Assembly (NCBI GenBank): GCA_051879715.1
Contig: JBJEMO010000071.1
Location: 4,762-68,761, forward strand
Direction of reading: 5' to 3'
DNA length: 64,000 nucleotides
Source of the DNA: Bilifractor sp.
Lineage (GTDB): Bacteria > Bacillota > Clostridia > Lachnospirales > Lachnospiraceae
Part shown: positions 19,954 through 30,900 of the stretch, one piece after another
Position numbering within the stretch: position 1 is the stretch's first letter
Layout: each line of letters starts with the position of its first letter
The notes under the pieces: generated by a model
What the model was told of the DNA's origin: nothing
What the model saw: only the letters and a program-made list of their open reading frames with translations
The model's database searches: none
Translations under genes and position numbers: made by a program

Positions 19954-21885
19954 TTATGACAGTTCCTCCGGCTTTGCCGTTTCATACGTGCTCCATGAAT
20001 CCATGGAGGATGCGCCGGACAGGTCTGCACTTGTGGAATAAGAGGACACCGTGATGGTTACATTTCCGGTACCCTGCTGATATACGGTACCATCTGTTCC
20101 TTTGATGGTTACGGTATTCCCATCAGAATCTTTGATTGTTCCTGCATTGTACAGATTTGTCACTGTACTGTCGCCTGTAACAGTCCATGTAGAGCTGCTG
20201 TCAATGTATATATTGCAATATCCGCTTCCGCCATCACCGGCATTGGATTCATCATCGGTCACGGCTCCGGTCAGCGTACTTCCATCCGTCATGTAGAAAT
20301 CCAGCTGACTGATGGAATCCCAGATAATATCCCCCTGCATTTCCTGCGAGATACCGGTGAAGGAGCAGTCTGCTCCATTGGAACCGCTTTCTCCCCAGCC
20401 ACGTGCGTTACTATTTCCGGTAACCTTAAGAAAATAGTCATTATCATCTGCATAAGTAATATCCACGTCATCAAGTACAAAGGTGGATTCTGTATTGGTG
20501 GTATAGAACATGCCGCCATTTTTCGCTGTGATGCTTCCACCTTTCATCTCAAAGGTACTGTTTCCTTCTTCAGAATCACCGGACATACTCTGATACAGGA
20601 TAACATTCCAGGTGCAATCGTTCTGATCATCGTCCTTCATGTTTCCTGTCAGATCACAGTCAAACAGACGGATGGTATTGGCGCCTTCAATGCAGACTGC
20701 CTCTGAGTTGTTGGCTGTCAGCGCAGCATTATTCACTGTAATGTCTGCCGTTGAATATACAGCAGGTGAACCTGTTCCATTCGACGTATAGGAACCTCCG
20801 TCCACAACCATTGTACCGCCGCCGCGGTCACTGCGGATTGCCGCGGAGGATTCACCCTCAGTGGTCACAGTGTCATCATACGCATACAGCGTTCCACCTC
20901 CAGCCACATGCAGTCCTCCGGATGTATCTTTGCTCGTGGAAATGGTAGTGTCCGCAACATAGGTGGTGCCATCACCATAAGAGAATACGCCTGCACCTCC
21001 TTTTGCATCAGTCGTAATGGTGCTGCCTTTCAGATAGCTTGTTCCATCTGTAGTCAGTACGGCTGCTCCTACCCCATAGAAGCTGGAATTATCTCCACCG
21101 GTACTGTCATCAGAATTTCTTGTTATTTTCAGATTGCTGAGCGTTGCTGTGGACCCGTTTTCTGTCAGAATGGCATTTTCATCGGTTCCGGCTGAGTCAA
21201 CAGATTCATCACTTATAGAGGTATCAGAAGTAATATCCTGAACGGCAGAATAGGAAATGTCCGATGAAGAACTGTCCTGACCTCCCATGCCGCCTCCGGG
21301 TGCACCGCTTCCGCCAAGTATTTCCACAGAGGTTACAGTGCCGTCATCATCAAAAGTTATGGCAACACTGTCTCCGGACGCAAGAGAAGAAATATCCAGG
21401 CTCTCCTGTCCCGGTGCCTGTCCACCCGGTGCACTGCCTGTGGTGCCGGAATCTGATGAACTGCTGTTTACGGATTCTCCGTCAGGAGCCTGTCCTCCTG
21501 GGGCACCGCCTCCGGATGCTTCCGTACTGGAGGAACTGCTGCTGTCGCCAGGCTTTTCCGGAGGTTGTCCATTGCTGTTTCCGTTTCCATCCGGAGCGCC
21601 GCCCATACCACCTCTTGTGACAGAAACATCTTCACTCAGAGTAATGTCTGCTGTCTCATCCGTCAGATCCAGATCGCTGCTTCCATCCTTCTGCGTCCCG
21701 ATCTGCAATGTCAGGGCTGTGCCATCGATCGATTTGATCTGACCATAGATGGTCTGCCCGGCATAGCTGCTGTTGTCTGTTTCACCATCTGCAGAAGAAG
21801 CTGCAGATACTGAAGCGGATGCTGACGTTCCTGATGCATTGGAGCACGCAGTCAGTCCCATAGAAAATGTAAGAAAAATGCCCAT
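19954..21885 (-). CDS. Surface lipoprotein with G/S/P-rich linker and a parallel beta-helix-like carbohydrate-binding region (Cthe_2159-like)
   Basis: Lipobox LTAC|S near the N-terminus. A low-complexity linker is followed by repetitive G/T/S-rich beta-strand turns (GGAGVFSYGDGTTYVADTTIST..GGLHVAGGGTLYAYDDTVTT..). The N-terminal n-region appears to be cut off by a frame problem (see findings). Confidence 0.6.
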   Translation of the reverse strand: MGIFLTFSMGLTACSNASGTSASASVSAASSADGETDNSSYAGQTIYGQIKSIDGTALTLQIGTQKDGSSDLDLTDETADITLSEDVSVTRGGMGGAPDGNGNSNGQPPEKPGDSSSSSSTEASGGGAPGGQAPDGESVNSSSSDSGTTGSAPGGQAPGQESLDISSLASGDSVAITFDDDGTVTSVEILGGSGAPGGGMGGQDSSSSDISYSAVQDITSDTSISDESVDSAGTDENAILTENGSTATLSNLKITRNSDDSTGGDNSSFYGVGAAVLTTDGTSYLKGSTITTDAKGGAGVFSYGDGTTYVADTTISTSKDTSGGLHVAGGGTLYAYDDTVTTEGESSAAIRSDRGGGTMVVDGGSYTSNGTGSPAVYSTADITVNNAALTANNSEAVCIEGANTIRLFDCDLTGNMKDDDQNDCTWNVILYQSMSGDSEEGNSTFEMKGGSITAKNGGMFYTTNTESTFVLDDVDITYADDNDYFLKVTGNSNARGWGESGSNGADCSFTGISQEMQGDIIWDSISQLDFYMTDGSTLTGAVTDDESNAGDGGSGYCNIYIDSSSTWTVTGDSTVTNLYNAGTIKDSDGNTVTIKGTDGTVYQQGTGNVTITVSSYSTSADLSGASSMDSWSTYETAKPEELS

Positions 21886-22344
21886 CGTAATCGCCAGATA
21901 TTTTTTCTTCGTGTTTTTAGAATCCCCTTTCCGGATTTGTTAATATTCACTTTTGTCATTGTCTTCCGGTTCATGCTGAATATCATTTCCAGATGGCACC
22001 CAAAGCTCCTGAAAACATTTCTTTGGCTTTTGACAGGGACAGCATAACAGCGGAACTTAAAATCAACTTCAAATGAATATACTAAAATGATGAATTTTCT
22101 GTTACCATTACTGTTCGGAGGTGTTCCCAGAGGACACACCAGTGAACTGCAACGTTACCATTCACAGGAACAGGAAAAGCACAGCATAATTTCATTTGCG
22201 GAATATTTCTGATATAGTATCTGTTGGGAGATCTGATGTGTGATATGGGACCTGACTTTTGAGAGATCCGATGGGTAATATGAGACCTTCTGTTATAGAT
22301 GAATATCCATGATAGAAAATGCCTGAGGCCGGAGGAGGAAAAAG

Positions 22345-23034
22345 ATGCGTCTGCTGCTTGCAGAGGATGAAAAATCATTATCAAAGGCACTTACTAAAAT
22401 ACTGGAACATGCAAATTATTCGGTGGATGCTGTCTTTAATGGGCAGGATGCCCTGGAATATCTGGAAAACGGTAATTATGACGGGGCAATTCTCGATATC
22501 ATGATGCCAAAGATGGATGGACTGACGGTTCTGAAAAACATCCGTGAGAAAGGAAATCTGATTCCGGTTCTGCTGCTCACAGCAAAATCAGAGGTAGAGG
22601 ATAAGGTGACCGGGCTTGACCTCGGGGCCAACGATTACCTTACCAAACCTTTCGCACCGCCGGAGCTGCTGGTAAGAATCCGCGCCATGACGAGAACCAT
22701 ACCTGCACAGGCAGATAATGAATTGCATCTCGGTAATATCACGCTCAATACCAAAAGTTATGAAATGATGGGACCCGGAGGAAGCTTCCGTCTGACAAAC
22801 AAGGAATTTCAGATGATGGAAATGCTGATGCGCAATCCGAGTCAGCTCATACCCACTGAACGTTTTCTGGACAAGATCTGGGGATATGACAGCGATACCG
22901 AAATTCATGTGGTCTGGGTCTATATATCCTATCTTCGCAAGAAGCTGACGGCTTTAAAGGCAGATGTATCCATCAGAGCGTCCAGAAATGCCGGATATTC
23001 GCTTCAAGTTCAGGATCAGCATTCCGGTGAATAA
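22345..23034 (+). CDS. OmpR/PhoB-family response regulator
   Basis: Receiver domain (LLAEDE...ILDIMMPKMDG...LTAK) followed by a winged-helix output domain (LTNKEFQMMEMLMRN...VWVYISYLRKKL). Confidence 0.9.
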   Translation: MRLLLAEDEKSLSKALTKILEHANYSVDAVFNGQDALEYLENGNYDGAILDIMMPKMDGLTVLKNIREKGNLIPVLLLTAKSEVEDKVTGLDLGANDYLTKPFAPPELLVRIRAMTRTIPAQADNELHLGNITLNTKSYEMMGPGGSFRLTNKEFQMMEMLMRNPSQLIPTERFLDKIWGYDSDTEIHVVWVYISYLRKKLTALKADVSIRASRNAGYSLQVQDQHSGE

Positions 23035-23148
23035 AGGTGAATAAATCAGAAAAAACGTTTCTGAATATTTATCTGAAACAATAACCAAAGCCCAGAAAAA
23101 AGGCATAAGTTCGATCAAATATCGTTTTACCGGGAGGCAGGCTTCTGG

Positions 23149-24519
23149 ATGATAAAAAAATTACGCAGAAAATTGATCATGGTTTCTATGCTCGCCGTAA
23201 CAATCGTTCTGTTTATTATTATCGGTGCAATAAACATTCTGAATTACAACAGCATAGCAACAGCTTCAGATCGCATTTTGAATATTATCAGAGATAATGG
23301 CGGATCGCTTTCAGGCCTGCAGATGACGCAGCCGATGCAGGATCCGGGACAAAATGGTGGTGATGTACAGCCTCAGAACCAGGAAGATGTACAGTCTCAG
23401 AGCAGCGAAAGTCCTCAGCCACAGAACGGAGCTGCTGCGCCTTCCGACAATGGACAGATGCCGGGTCCGGGCATGGAAAACAGCATCATTACAGAAGAAA
23501 CGCCCTATGAATCCCGCTACTTTTCCGTGATTGTAGATGATAACGGAGATCTGATCTCCGCCGACATGAACCATATTGTATCTGTGGACAGTGCCCAGGC
23601 AGCAGAATTTGCAAAGGAAATTCTGCAGACAGGAAAAACAAAGGGATTTATTCAATACTACCGTTTTCTTGTATATCAGGTTTCAGGAGAAGCTACAACA
23701 CATGTATGCTTTCTGGACTGCCAGCGCAGCCTTGCCAGCTTCCATTCATTTCTGTCTCTCAGTATGCTGGTATCTCTGATCGGCATAGCAGCTGTTTATG
23801 TGCTGGTGATTCTTCTTTCCAGAAAGGTTATGCAGCCGGTAGAGGAAAGCTATCGGAAACAGAAAAGATTTGTCACAGATGCCGGCCATGAATTGAAAAC
23901 ACCTCTGACCATTATCGATGCAGATGCATCGGTTCTTGAGATGGATATCGGGGATAATGAATGGCTTACGGATATACGGAAGCAGACAAAGCGCATGACA
24001 GACCTGACTGGCGATCTGATTTTTCTCGCCAGGATGGATGAAGGAAGTACCAGAATGAATATGCTGGATTTTCCTCTGTCAGATGTACTCAGTGAAACCG
24101 CTCAGTCCTTTCGCTCGCTGGCCCAGGTTCAGGGTAAGGACTTTCAGGCGGAAATTGAACCGATGATTACCATGCATGGCGACGAAAAATCCATCCGTGA
24201 GCTGATCAGCATACTTCTGGATAATGCATTGAAATATTCGGATGAAAACGGACAGATCCGGGCAGAGCTCAGGAAAAAAAATAAGGCGATCCTGTTAACC
24301 GTTGAGAATACAGCGGAGCAGATAGACAAAGAGACACTTGCGCATATGTTTGATCGTTTTTACAGGGCTGACAGCTCACGCAATTCGGAGAAGGGTGGAT
24401 ATGGCATCGGATTATCTGTTGCAGAAGCGGTTGTTACAGCGCACAAAGGAAAGATAACTGCGGCTTCACCTGATGGAAAATCCATTCGGATTACAGCTGT
24501 ATTTCCCTTGCAGTCATAG
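23149..24519 (+). CDS. Sensor histidine kinase
   Basis: Two TM segments flank a Q/P-rich extracytoplasmic loop. H-box HELKTPLT and a HATPase_c region (DNALKYS...GYGIGLSVA). Confidence 0.9.
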   Translation: MIKKLRRKLIMVSMLAVTIVLFIIIGAINILNYNSIATASDRILNIIRDNGGSLSGLQMTQPMQDPGQNGGDVQPQNQEDVQSQSSESPQPQNGAAAPSDNGQMPGPGMENSIITEETPYESRYFSVIVDDNGDLISADMNHIVSVDSAQAAEFAKEILQTGKTKGFIQYYRFLVYQVSGEATTHVCFLDCQRSLASFHSFLSLSMLVSLIGIAAVYVLVILLSRKVMQPVEESYRKQKRFVTDAGHELKTPLTIIDADASVLEMDIGDNEWLTDIRKQTKRMTDLTGDLIFLARMDEGSTRMNMLDFPLSDVLSETAQSFRSLAQVQGKDFQAEIEPMITMHGDEKSIRELISILLDNALKYSDENGQIRAELRKKNKAILLTVENTAEQIDKETLAHMFDRFYRADSSRNSEKGGYGIGLSVAEAVVTAHKGKITAASPDGKSIRITAVFPLQS

Positions 24520-24521
24520 TC

Positions 24522-24563
24522 ACAACAAACGGCCCGGTCATTTCTGACCGGGCCGTTTGTTGT
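24522..24563 (+). terminator. Intrinsic terminator after the kinase gene
   Basis: Core stem GGCCCGGTCA / TGACCGGGCC with a TTTC loop, extended by ACAACAAAC/GTTTGTTGT. The U-rich GUUUGUUGU follows the GC core on the + strand. Confidence 0.6.
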
Positions 24564-24735
24564 GACAATATTTGTTGTGACACCTTTTCCATGAGACTGT
24601 TTTTGTGGGATTTTTATGACACTATATTGTTATTATTCTCAGACAATGTATTGAAAAAACTGCCAGAACTATTAAGCAAAAATATTTGTCCAATACTGCC
24701 TGGTGATTTCTCCTGTATTTTATTGGAGCAGCAGC

Positions 24736-27660
24736 TTAATACTCTGAGGTATCAAGCAGTACAAATTTCTGCGCGTATGTTCCGTTTGCAGTGTACTGCT
24801 GGATATTTGTTCCATTCCGATAGGAAGCTCCAGATATGTCCACAACCTTGCCACTGACTTTGCTGATAATGGTAAAGGTACGGTCACTATTCTGGACAAT
24901 CTTCCACTGCTGTGCATCCGTTCCATTCGATGTATACTGCTGAATATTCGCGCCGTCTGATCTGGATCCGCTGGAGACGTCTAAAACTTTTCCGGATTGC
25001 ACATTTGTGATTTTGTAATATCCGTTTCCAAGAGACTGAATCTTGAATTTCTGTGCTCCTGTACGGTTCAAAGAATACAGCTGCACATTCGCTCCGCTTT
25101 CGGCAGATCCGGAAACAACGTCCAGTACAAAATTCTGATGCAGATAGCTGGCAATATAATAAGTACCGTCAAGATCATCTGAAGCATCAGAGTCTGTGAT
25201 TGTATTTGCATTATTTCCAGAAGTTTTTCCGTCTGATGTACCGGCTGATAGCAATACAAACTTTTGTGCATAGGTTCCATTTCCTGTGTACTGCTGGATA
25301 TTCGTACCATTCTGATAAGATGCTGATGAGATATCCAAAGCTTTGCCGCTGACCTTGCTGATAAAGGTATAGGAGTGGTCACTGTTCTGAACGATCTTCC
25401 ACTGCTGCGCATCTGTTCCATTTGATGTATACTGCTGAATATTCGCGCCGTCTGATCTGGATCCACTGGAGACGTCTAAAACTTTTCCGGATTGCACATT
25501 CGTAATTTTGCAGTATCCGTTTCCAAGAGACTGGATTTTGAATTTCTGTGCTCCTGTACGATTCAGAGAATACAGCTGCACATTTGCTCCGCTTTCGGTA
25601 GACCCTGAAGCGACATCCAGTACAAAATTCTGATGCAGATAGTTTGCTATATAATAAGTACCGTCAATATCATCTGAAACATCAGAGCTGCTATCTGTGG
25701 TTCCGCTGTTTCCAGAAGAATGATTGTCTGAAGTACCGGTTGAAAGCAGAACAAATTTTTGTGCATCGGTTCCATTTCCCGTGTACTGCTGAATATTCGT
25801 ACCATTTTGCATGTTACCACAGTAAATATCCAGACACAGGAAGGATCCCGCGTTGATCAGCGTAAGGGATCCATCGGCATTTAATTTCGGAATCCACTGC
25901 TGTGCGTAAGTCCCATTGCCGGAGTACTGTTGAACATTACCCCCGGCTGAAAGGCTGCCGGAAGCTACATCCAATACTTTACCCGAATTCACGTTCTGGA
26001 TTGTGTAGCATCCGTTTGAGAGTCTGGTAAAGACAAATTTCTGTGCGTTTGTTCCGTTACGCTGATAAATCTGTACATTTGCGCCATTTGCAGCGCTCCC
26101 GCTCGCGATATCCACGACATAGCTGCTGTTCTTTTTACTTTGTATGGTATACGTTCCGTTTGAAATGCTGTAATAAGAGGAAGAAGCCGCAGCCTTGCTG
26201 CCAAGCCCGTTATACCACAGACTCATATCCACACTGGCATTGATACCATTTACCTTGCCTGTTGACGAGAACTGCCAGGATTCATAATTGCCGTTATAGT
26301 TACAGGATGATGTACCGTACTCCGCGATCCAATGGTAATAATTGGGCAGAAGGGTATAATTGCCAAATAATGTCTGCCAATAAGAACGGGATGCATAGAG
26401 ACCGGCTTTGTAACCGGCTGCTGAAATCTGATCACAGAAGCGATTGGCAAAACGGCAGACCGTTTCACTTCCCATCTGGAACTGGAAATTTTCCTCGATA
26501 TCGATATAGACCGGCAGGGATGGGTGATGACCGCTCAATAAACGCTTCACATGAGCCACCTCACTGTCAATCTGTGCATCCGTTTTCGCATAGGAATAGA
26601 TGTAGACCCCATATGGAATATTGTTTTCCTCACAGCCCTTCACATTGTTCAGCCACTGCTTATCATCCTGATATGTATAGTTATCACCATAACCGCAACG
26701 GATAATCGCAAAATCTATTCCGGAATTTTTTACCTGACTCCAGTTGATGGTGCCGTTGTGTTCAGATACGTCGATTCCCTTTGCTGTGGAAGAGGAATCG
26801 GTCAGAACTGCTGTTGCCGTACCGATGACTGCTGAGGAAAGAACTACATCTGTTCCTGAAGCTGTATCTTCCGTTCCATTCGCTGTACTTTTCTCATCTG
26901 CATTTTCAGTTCCTGAAGAATCTGCAGAAGATGCGGAGATCGCGGTCTGAGAGTTATCCGTTGTACTATGGCTGCTGTCTGTTGAATTTCCGCTATTGCC
27001 GGTTGTACTATCCTGCTCTGACTGTGTGCTTTCATTTTCTGATTGAGAAGACTGCGTGGAATTCTCATCAGCAATACTTTCCGCGTCCTTCTGCTCCTGA
27101 GATACAATCTCTACAGCATCAGTGATCTTCTCGCCGTCAATGTAGCGGAAGCTGTTTTCCTTTCCGGTCTGCTCTACTGAAATGGTCCCGTTCTGGTTCT
27201 GTTCACTGATTGCATCAGACATCTGCGAAACAGCGGTTGATGCAGCATCCAGATAGGAACGGCTCTGGGACATTGCCTCCTGCTGATCCTCAGGAAGCGT
27301 ATCAAACTGATCTGTGACTGTTGAAATAGTGTCCTGCAGATCCTGAAGCTGGTCCTCACTGGCTGTACTGATCTGGCTGCATGCGCTGATTACGGTCTTA
27401 ATATTTTCCGCGACTACGCTGCCGTCCCCGCTGTCACTATCTGTACTGACGGCATCAACAGCCTGATCGATATTGTTGGACGTACCACCGATATCATCCG
27501 TCATACCACCCTCTGCTGTAGTGGATTCTACCTGTGCAGACTGACTGCTCCCGGTAGCGATGGCTGATGAACCCGTATCCTGCCCAAATGCTGCCACAGG
27601 TGCACCCATGATGATCGCAAGTGCTGTTATGATACTGACTGGTAAACGATATTTCCGCAT
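24736..27660 (-). CDS. Secreted GH25 muramidase (lysozyme) with three C-terminal ricin-B-type lectin domains
   Basis: Signal peptide MRKYRLPVSIITALAIIMGAPVAAFG, then a long S/T/D/Q-rich spacer. GH25 signature KGIDVSEHNGTINWSQVKNSGIDFAIIRCGYG, then three beta-trefoils each with three Q-x-W/F subrepeats (AQKF, AQQW). Confidence 0.85.
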   Translation of the reverse strand: MRKYRLPVSIITALAIIMGAPVAAFGQDTGSSAIATGSSQSAQVESTTAEGGMTDDIGGTSNNIDQAVDAVSTDSDSGDGSVVAENIKTVISACSQISTASEDQLQDLQDTISTVTDQFDTLPEDQQEAMSQSRSYLDAASTAVSQMSDAISEQNQNGTISVEQTGKENSFRYIDGEKITDAVEIVSQEQKDAESIADENSTQSSQSENESTQSEQDSTTGNSGNSTDSSHSTTDNSQTAISASSADSSGTENADEKSTANGTEDTASGTDVVLSSAVIGTATAVLTDSSSTAKGIDVSEHNGTINWSQVKNSGIDFAIIRCGYGDNYTYQDDKQWLNNVKGCEENNIPYGVYIYSYAKTDAQIDSEVAHVKRLLSGHHPSLPVYIDIEENFQFQMGSETVCRFANRFCDQISAAGYKAGLYASRSYWQTLFGNYTLLPNYYHWIAEYGTSSCNYNGNYESWQFSSTGKVNGINASVDMSLWYNGLGSKAAASSSYYSISNGTYTIQSKKNSSYVVDIASGSAANGANVQIYQRNGTNAQKFVFTRLSNGCYTIQNVNSGKVLDVASGSLSAGGNVQQYSGNGTYAQQWIPKLNADGSLTLINAGSFLCLDIYCGNMQNGTNIQQYTGNGTDAQKFVLLSTGTSDNHSSGNSGTTDSSSDVSDDIDGTYYIANYLHQNFVLDVASGSTESGANVQLYSLNRTGAQKFKIQSLGNGYCKITNVQSGKVLDVSSGSRSDGANIQQYTSNGTDAQQWKIVQNSDHSYTFISKVSGKALDISSASYQNGTNIQQYTGNGTYAQKFVLLSAGTSDGKTSGNNANTITDSDASDDLDGTYYIASYLHQNFVLDVVSGSAESGANVQLYSLNRTGAQKFKIQSLGNGYYKITNVQSGKVLDVSSGSRSDGANIQQYTSNGTDAQQWKIVQNSDRTFTIISKVSGKVVDISGASYRNGTNIQQYTANGTYAQKFVLLDTSEY
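24740..25730. repeat. In-frame tandem duplication, period 495 bp (165 aa), covering the last two lectin domains of the GH25 gene
   Basis: For example, 24946-25195 aligns with 25441-25690 with only scattered substitutions (attcgcgccgtctgatctggatcc[g/a]ctggagacgtctaaaacttttccggattgcacatt...). Confidence 0.85.
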
Positions 27661-27846
27661 AATAGAATCATACCCTTCCTGTTATTTTTTTGCCGTTTAA
27701 CGAAATATGTATTTTTAAAAATCTAACATTTTCGTAACATTATGTAACAATATTAATATATCGGACTACAAAATGCAAATTATAATCTATGAAAATGCAA
27801 TTTTTTCGGTTTTCCTATTTTTGATTTTCATTTTTATTTTAAAAGG

Positions 27847-27875
27847 AAGAGACTCCATTTTCAGGAGTCTCTTCT
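27847..27875 (-). terminator. Intrinsic terminator at the end of the pilus/adhesin operon
   Basis: 11-bp stem GAAGAGACTCC / GGAGTCTCTTC with a 7-nt loop. The minus-strand reading is followed by CTTTTAAAATAAAAA, about 75 nt after the adhesin stop codon. Confidence 0.65.
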
Positions 27876-27951
27876 TATACTCTTCTTATATTAGAAAGCA
27901 TCCTATAAGTATAAGGCGCCCTCTCTTCACAAATTTACATACAGGATAATG

Positions 27952-30900
27952 TCAATTTCCCTTTTTCCTTCTGCGAAACAGAAGAATTCCTGCAAATCCT
28001 GTCAGAACTACAGATACAATATAAAATATCGCGGTTCCCCTTCCACCGGCATTCAGATGTGTGAAAAATCTTGTCATGATGCTCTGGTCCCGGTCGTTGA
28101 TATCGCTATGTGTCGCAACAACCACCTCTCCGTCCGGTTTTCTGGCTCCGGTATCATCAATTGCATTTCTGTATACGGTTCCATTCTCTGCTTCGATATA
28201 TTCGGTGGAATCATCGATGTCAATGTTCCCCCATCCGTCTTTTCTGACATCTCCGGTGGCATCCTGAGATGCATCCTTGTCTGCGGTGATAAATCCGGTA
28301 TATACTGCTTTTCCCTTGTCATTCAATGTCCGTACCTTCAGATCTTCAAAGGCAACAATCAGCGTTCCCGGTGCGTAGCTGCTATTGAAGATTATCTTTA
28401 CGTCAACGCTCCCGCTTGCCATACCATTTGCCATATTAGCTTCCGTCGGTGTAAAGATCGTGCGTCCGGTCACGATACCTTTTGTGATGCTTCCTTCGTG
28501 ATATGTGCCATCTGCTGAGGTGTATCCGTTCATATATTCGCCTCTTACAGGACGTGAAGGATTTTCTTCATTCTCACTTGAGATATCTGCATCCCGCAGG
28601 GTTTCCTTTGCCCAGAGTGTACTCTCCATGATATAGGTATGTCCCGGAATCAGATTGCTGTAGGATACGCGGTCTACATAAGTAACATACATATCTTTAT
28701 CTGCCAGCTGACCTGTTGATCCGTCTGTGTATGTTGCGCCGGAACCTTTATATTGCTTCCGGCTGCCTTCTTTTCCGCTCATCTGCGTAGAACGGTTGTT
28801 GATACCGGTAGTTCCAGGGTTCTGATATGTGAGGCTGTTGCCGCCGGATGCAGCATTGGCAGAAACACGGGATCCTGTAACATCATTCTGGTACAACGTT
28901 GTGCGGATGACCGGGAAATGCAGCAGTTCATTCTCGTCATCCGCTGCTCCATCCTTTCCCGGTGTATGCAGAGCTGCAATTTCCCATGCTCCTTCAGGTG
29001 TCTGTACATACAGCTCATCCCAGAATATCGTATCTTTATCTGAAAGGGTCTGTGTATTGACATTGCATGTGATGGTTTCTGATCCGTTGTCAGAATCTGC
29101 GGTAAATTCTTTTTCGAGAATTACTGGCTGATTGTTGTGCAGGAATGGTTTCCAGGAACCGGAAGTTCCGGAGTTTCTGTACATCAGGGATGCCCTGATC
29201 TTGTATTTTTCCGATCCCGGAATAACGCCACTGTAATGTACAACATCTGCAAGCTGCGTATTACTTCCTACCGTTCCAACGTGATCCGTAGAATTGCCAT
29301 CATAAGCGATGGTGCGGATTTTCGGATAATGTATGCTCTGATTCTCATCTGTAAGATCGCTGTGTGTAGCGATTGTGTCATTATCATAAATCAGGTCTTC
29401 AAATACAGTTATTGTCCGGCCGGAAAGGTCCGTGCTGTCAAGTGTAAATGTCATATCAACGGTCATGTCAATGGTTCCGCTGCCATGATCTTTCACTATT
29501 CTTGCATTGGAAAGCATTCCGCCTGTATGGATTTCCCCGGATTTGTCGAAAGAAATCGTTCCCTCTGCCGTGACCTTTTGTGTATTTTCCAGTAGCGGTT
29601 TTCCGGTTTTCTGATCCATCAGTGTTCCGCGCACAGTATAGTTCAAGCCAGGTGTAAGACTGTTCAATTTCACGGTATCAATGATTGTGGCATTCCGATC
29701 AGATGTACCGATGTGGCTCCTGGTCCTGCCGTCTATTGCAGTTGTGCCAACGGAAGGTTTTGTGAGCGTCATGCTCTGATCTGCATCGTTGATATCCTCA
29801 TGCTTCGTGATTTCGTATGGCGTTCCGCCTGTGGGAACCACATACAGTCTTTCATAAGCCACGATTGTTTCGTTCGCAAGGCTGGTAGTATCAAGGCTAA
29901 AAATCACGTCTTTGGTACCATTCATTGATGCCGAATCCACAGTAAACTCACCGGAATCTGCTGTCGCAAGGACTGTTCCGGTAGACTTCTGTATCAGCTG
30001 ACCCTTGATGATGTATTTTTCACCAGGCGCGAGATTCTCATATTTTACCGTATCTTTAAATGTGCTCGTTTTTGATACCGGAACAGATTTCTTCCCCGTT
30101 GCCTGATTAGTCAGGGTTGTGCTGATCTTCGGGACATAGACCGTCTGTTCGGTATCACCTGCATTTTCATGCTTTGCAATCTCAATACCTTTCCAGTTCA
30201 GGTATTCAAATGCTACAAGCGTCTTGCCCTCCAGATTAGCCGAGCTGAAATGGAATGTCACATCAACTGTTCCGTTCTTGGCTGCAGGGGTAAATGTTAC
30301 TTCAGCGTCTGCAACGGATACGTCCGTATTGCTCTTGTCTACGAGTTTTCCTTTAAGGGTATAGGTATCTCCCGGTGTCAGGTTTTCATACTTCACCGTA
30401 TCTACAACCGTAGCTGTATTGGTCAGAGCAATGTTCTTGGACTCCACATCAGCGTTTTTCGCTGTTGTTTCAAGAAGAACATCCGGGTTCTCCCATACTT
30501 CCGTATCTAGACTTACATTCTTTCCGTTGGTATCAATAACAACGCCGAGAACAGATCCGGCTATGTTTTCTGCTGTATCATTTTTACGTTTATTTGATAT
30601 GTTCTTGCCGTAGTTGATGCCTTTGACAAATACCTCACTGATCGTATATTTGTCAAACAGCAGGGCCATCTTTGTGTCGTCAGGTGCAGCATCGCCGAAC
30701 CATATTCCTGCACTTGCATCCAGCTTGGAAGGATCGTCACAGATATAACCTCCCTCTGCTGTCTTTCTGACAAGAGAATCGTTGCCGTTGGTATTGTTTG
30801 AGTGTTTGTTTGCCTCTGTATTGACTTTTCCGTCCGCATCCGCAATGATCACATGGCTTTCACCTGTGGTCTCGGAAGTGATGACAAAAGGCACACCAGA

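Noticed and set aside
19359-20030. 223-aa minus-strand ORF overlapping the alcohol dehydrogenase 3' end
   Set aside because: It is antisense to a well-supported Fe-ADH gene and runs through the intergenic terminator. It is Cys/Leu/Ile-rich and looks like nonsense sequence.
27949-28518. 189-aa + strand ORF
   Set aside because: It is antisense to the adhesin 3' end including its sorting signal, with no independent support.
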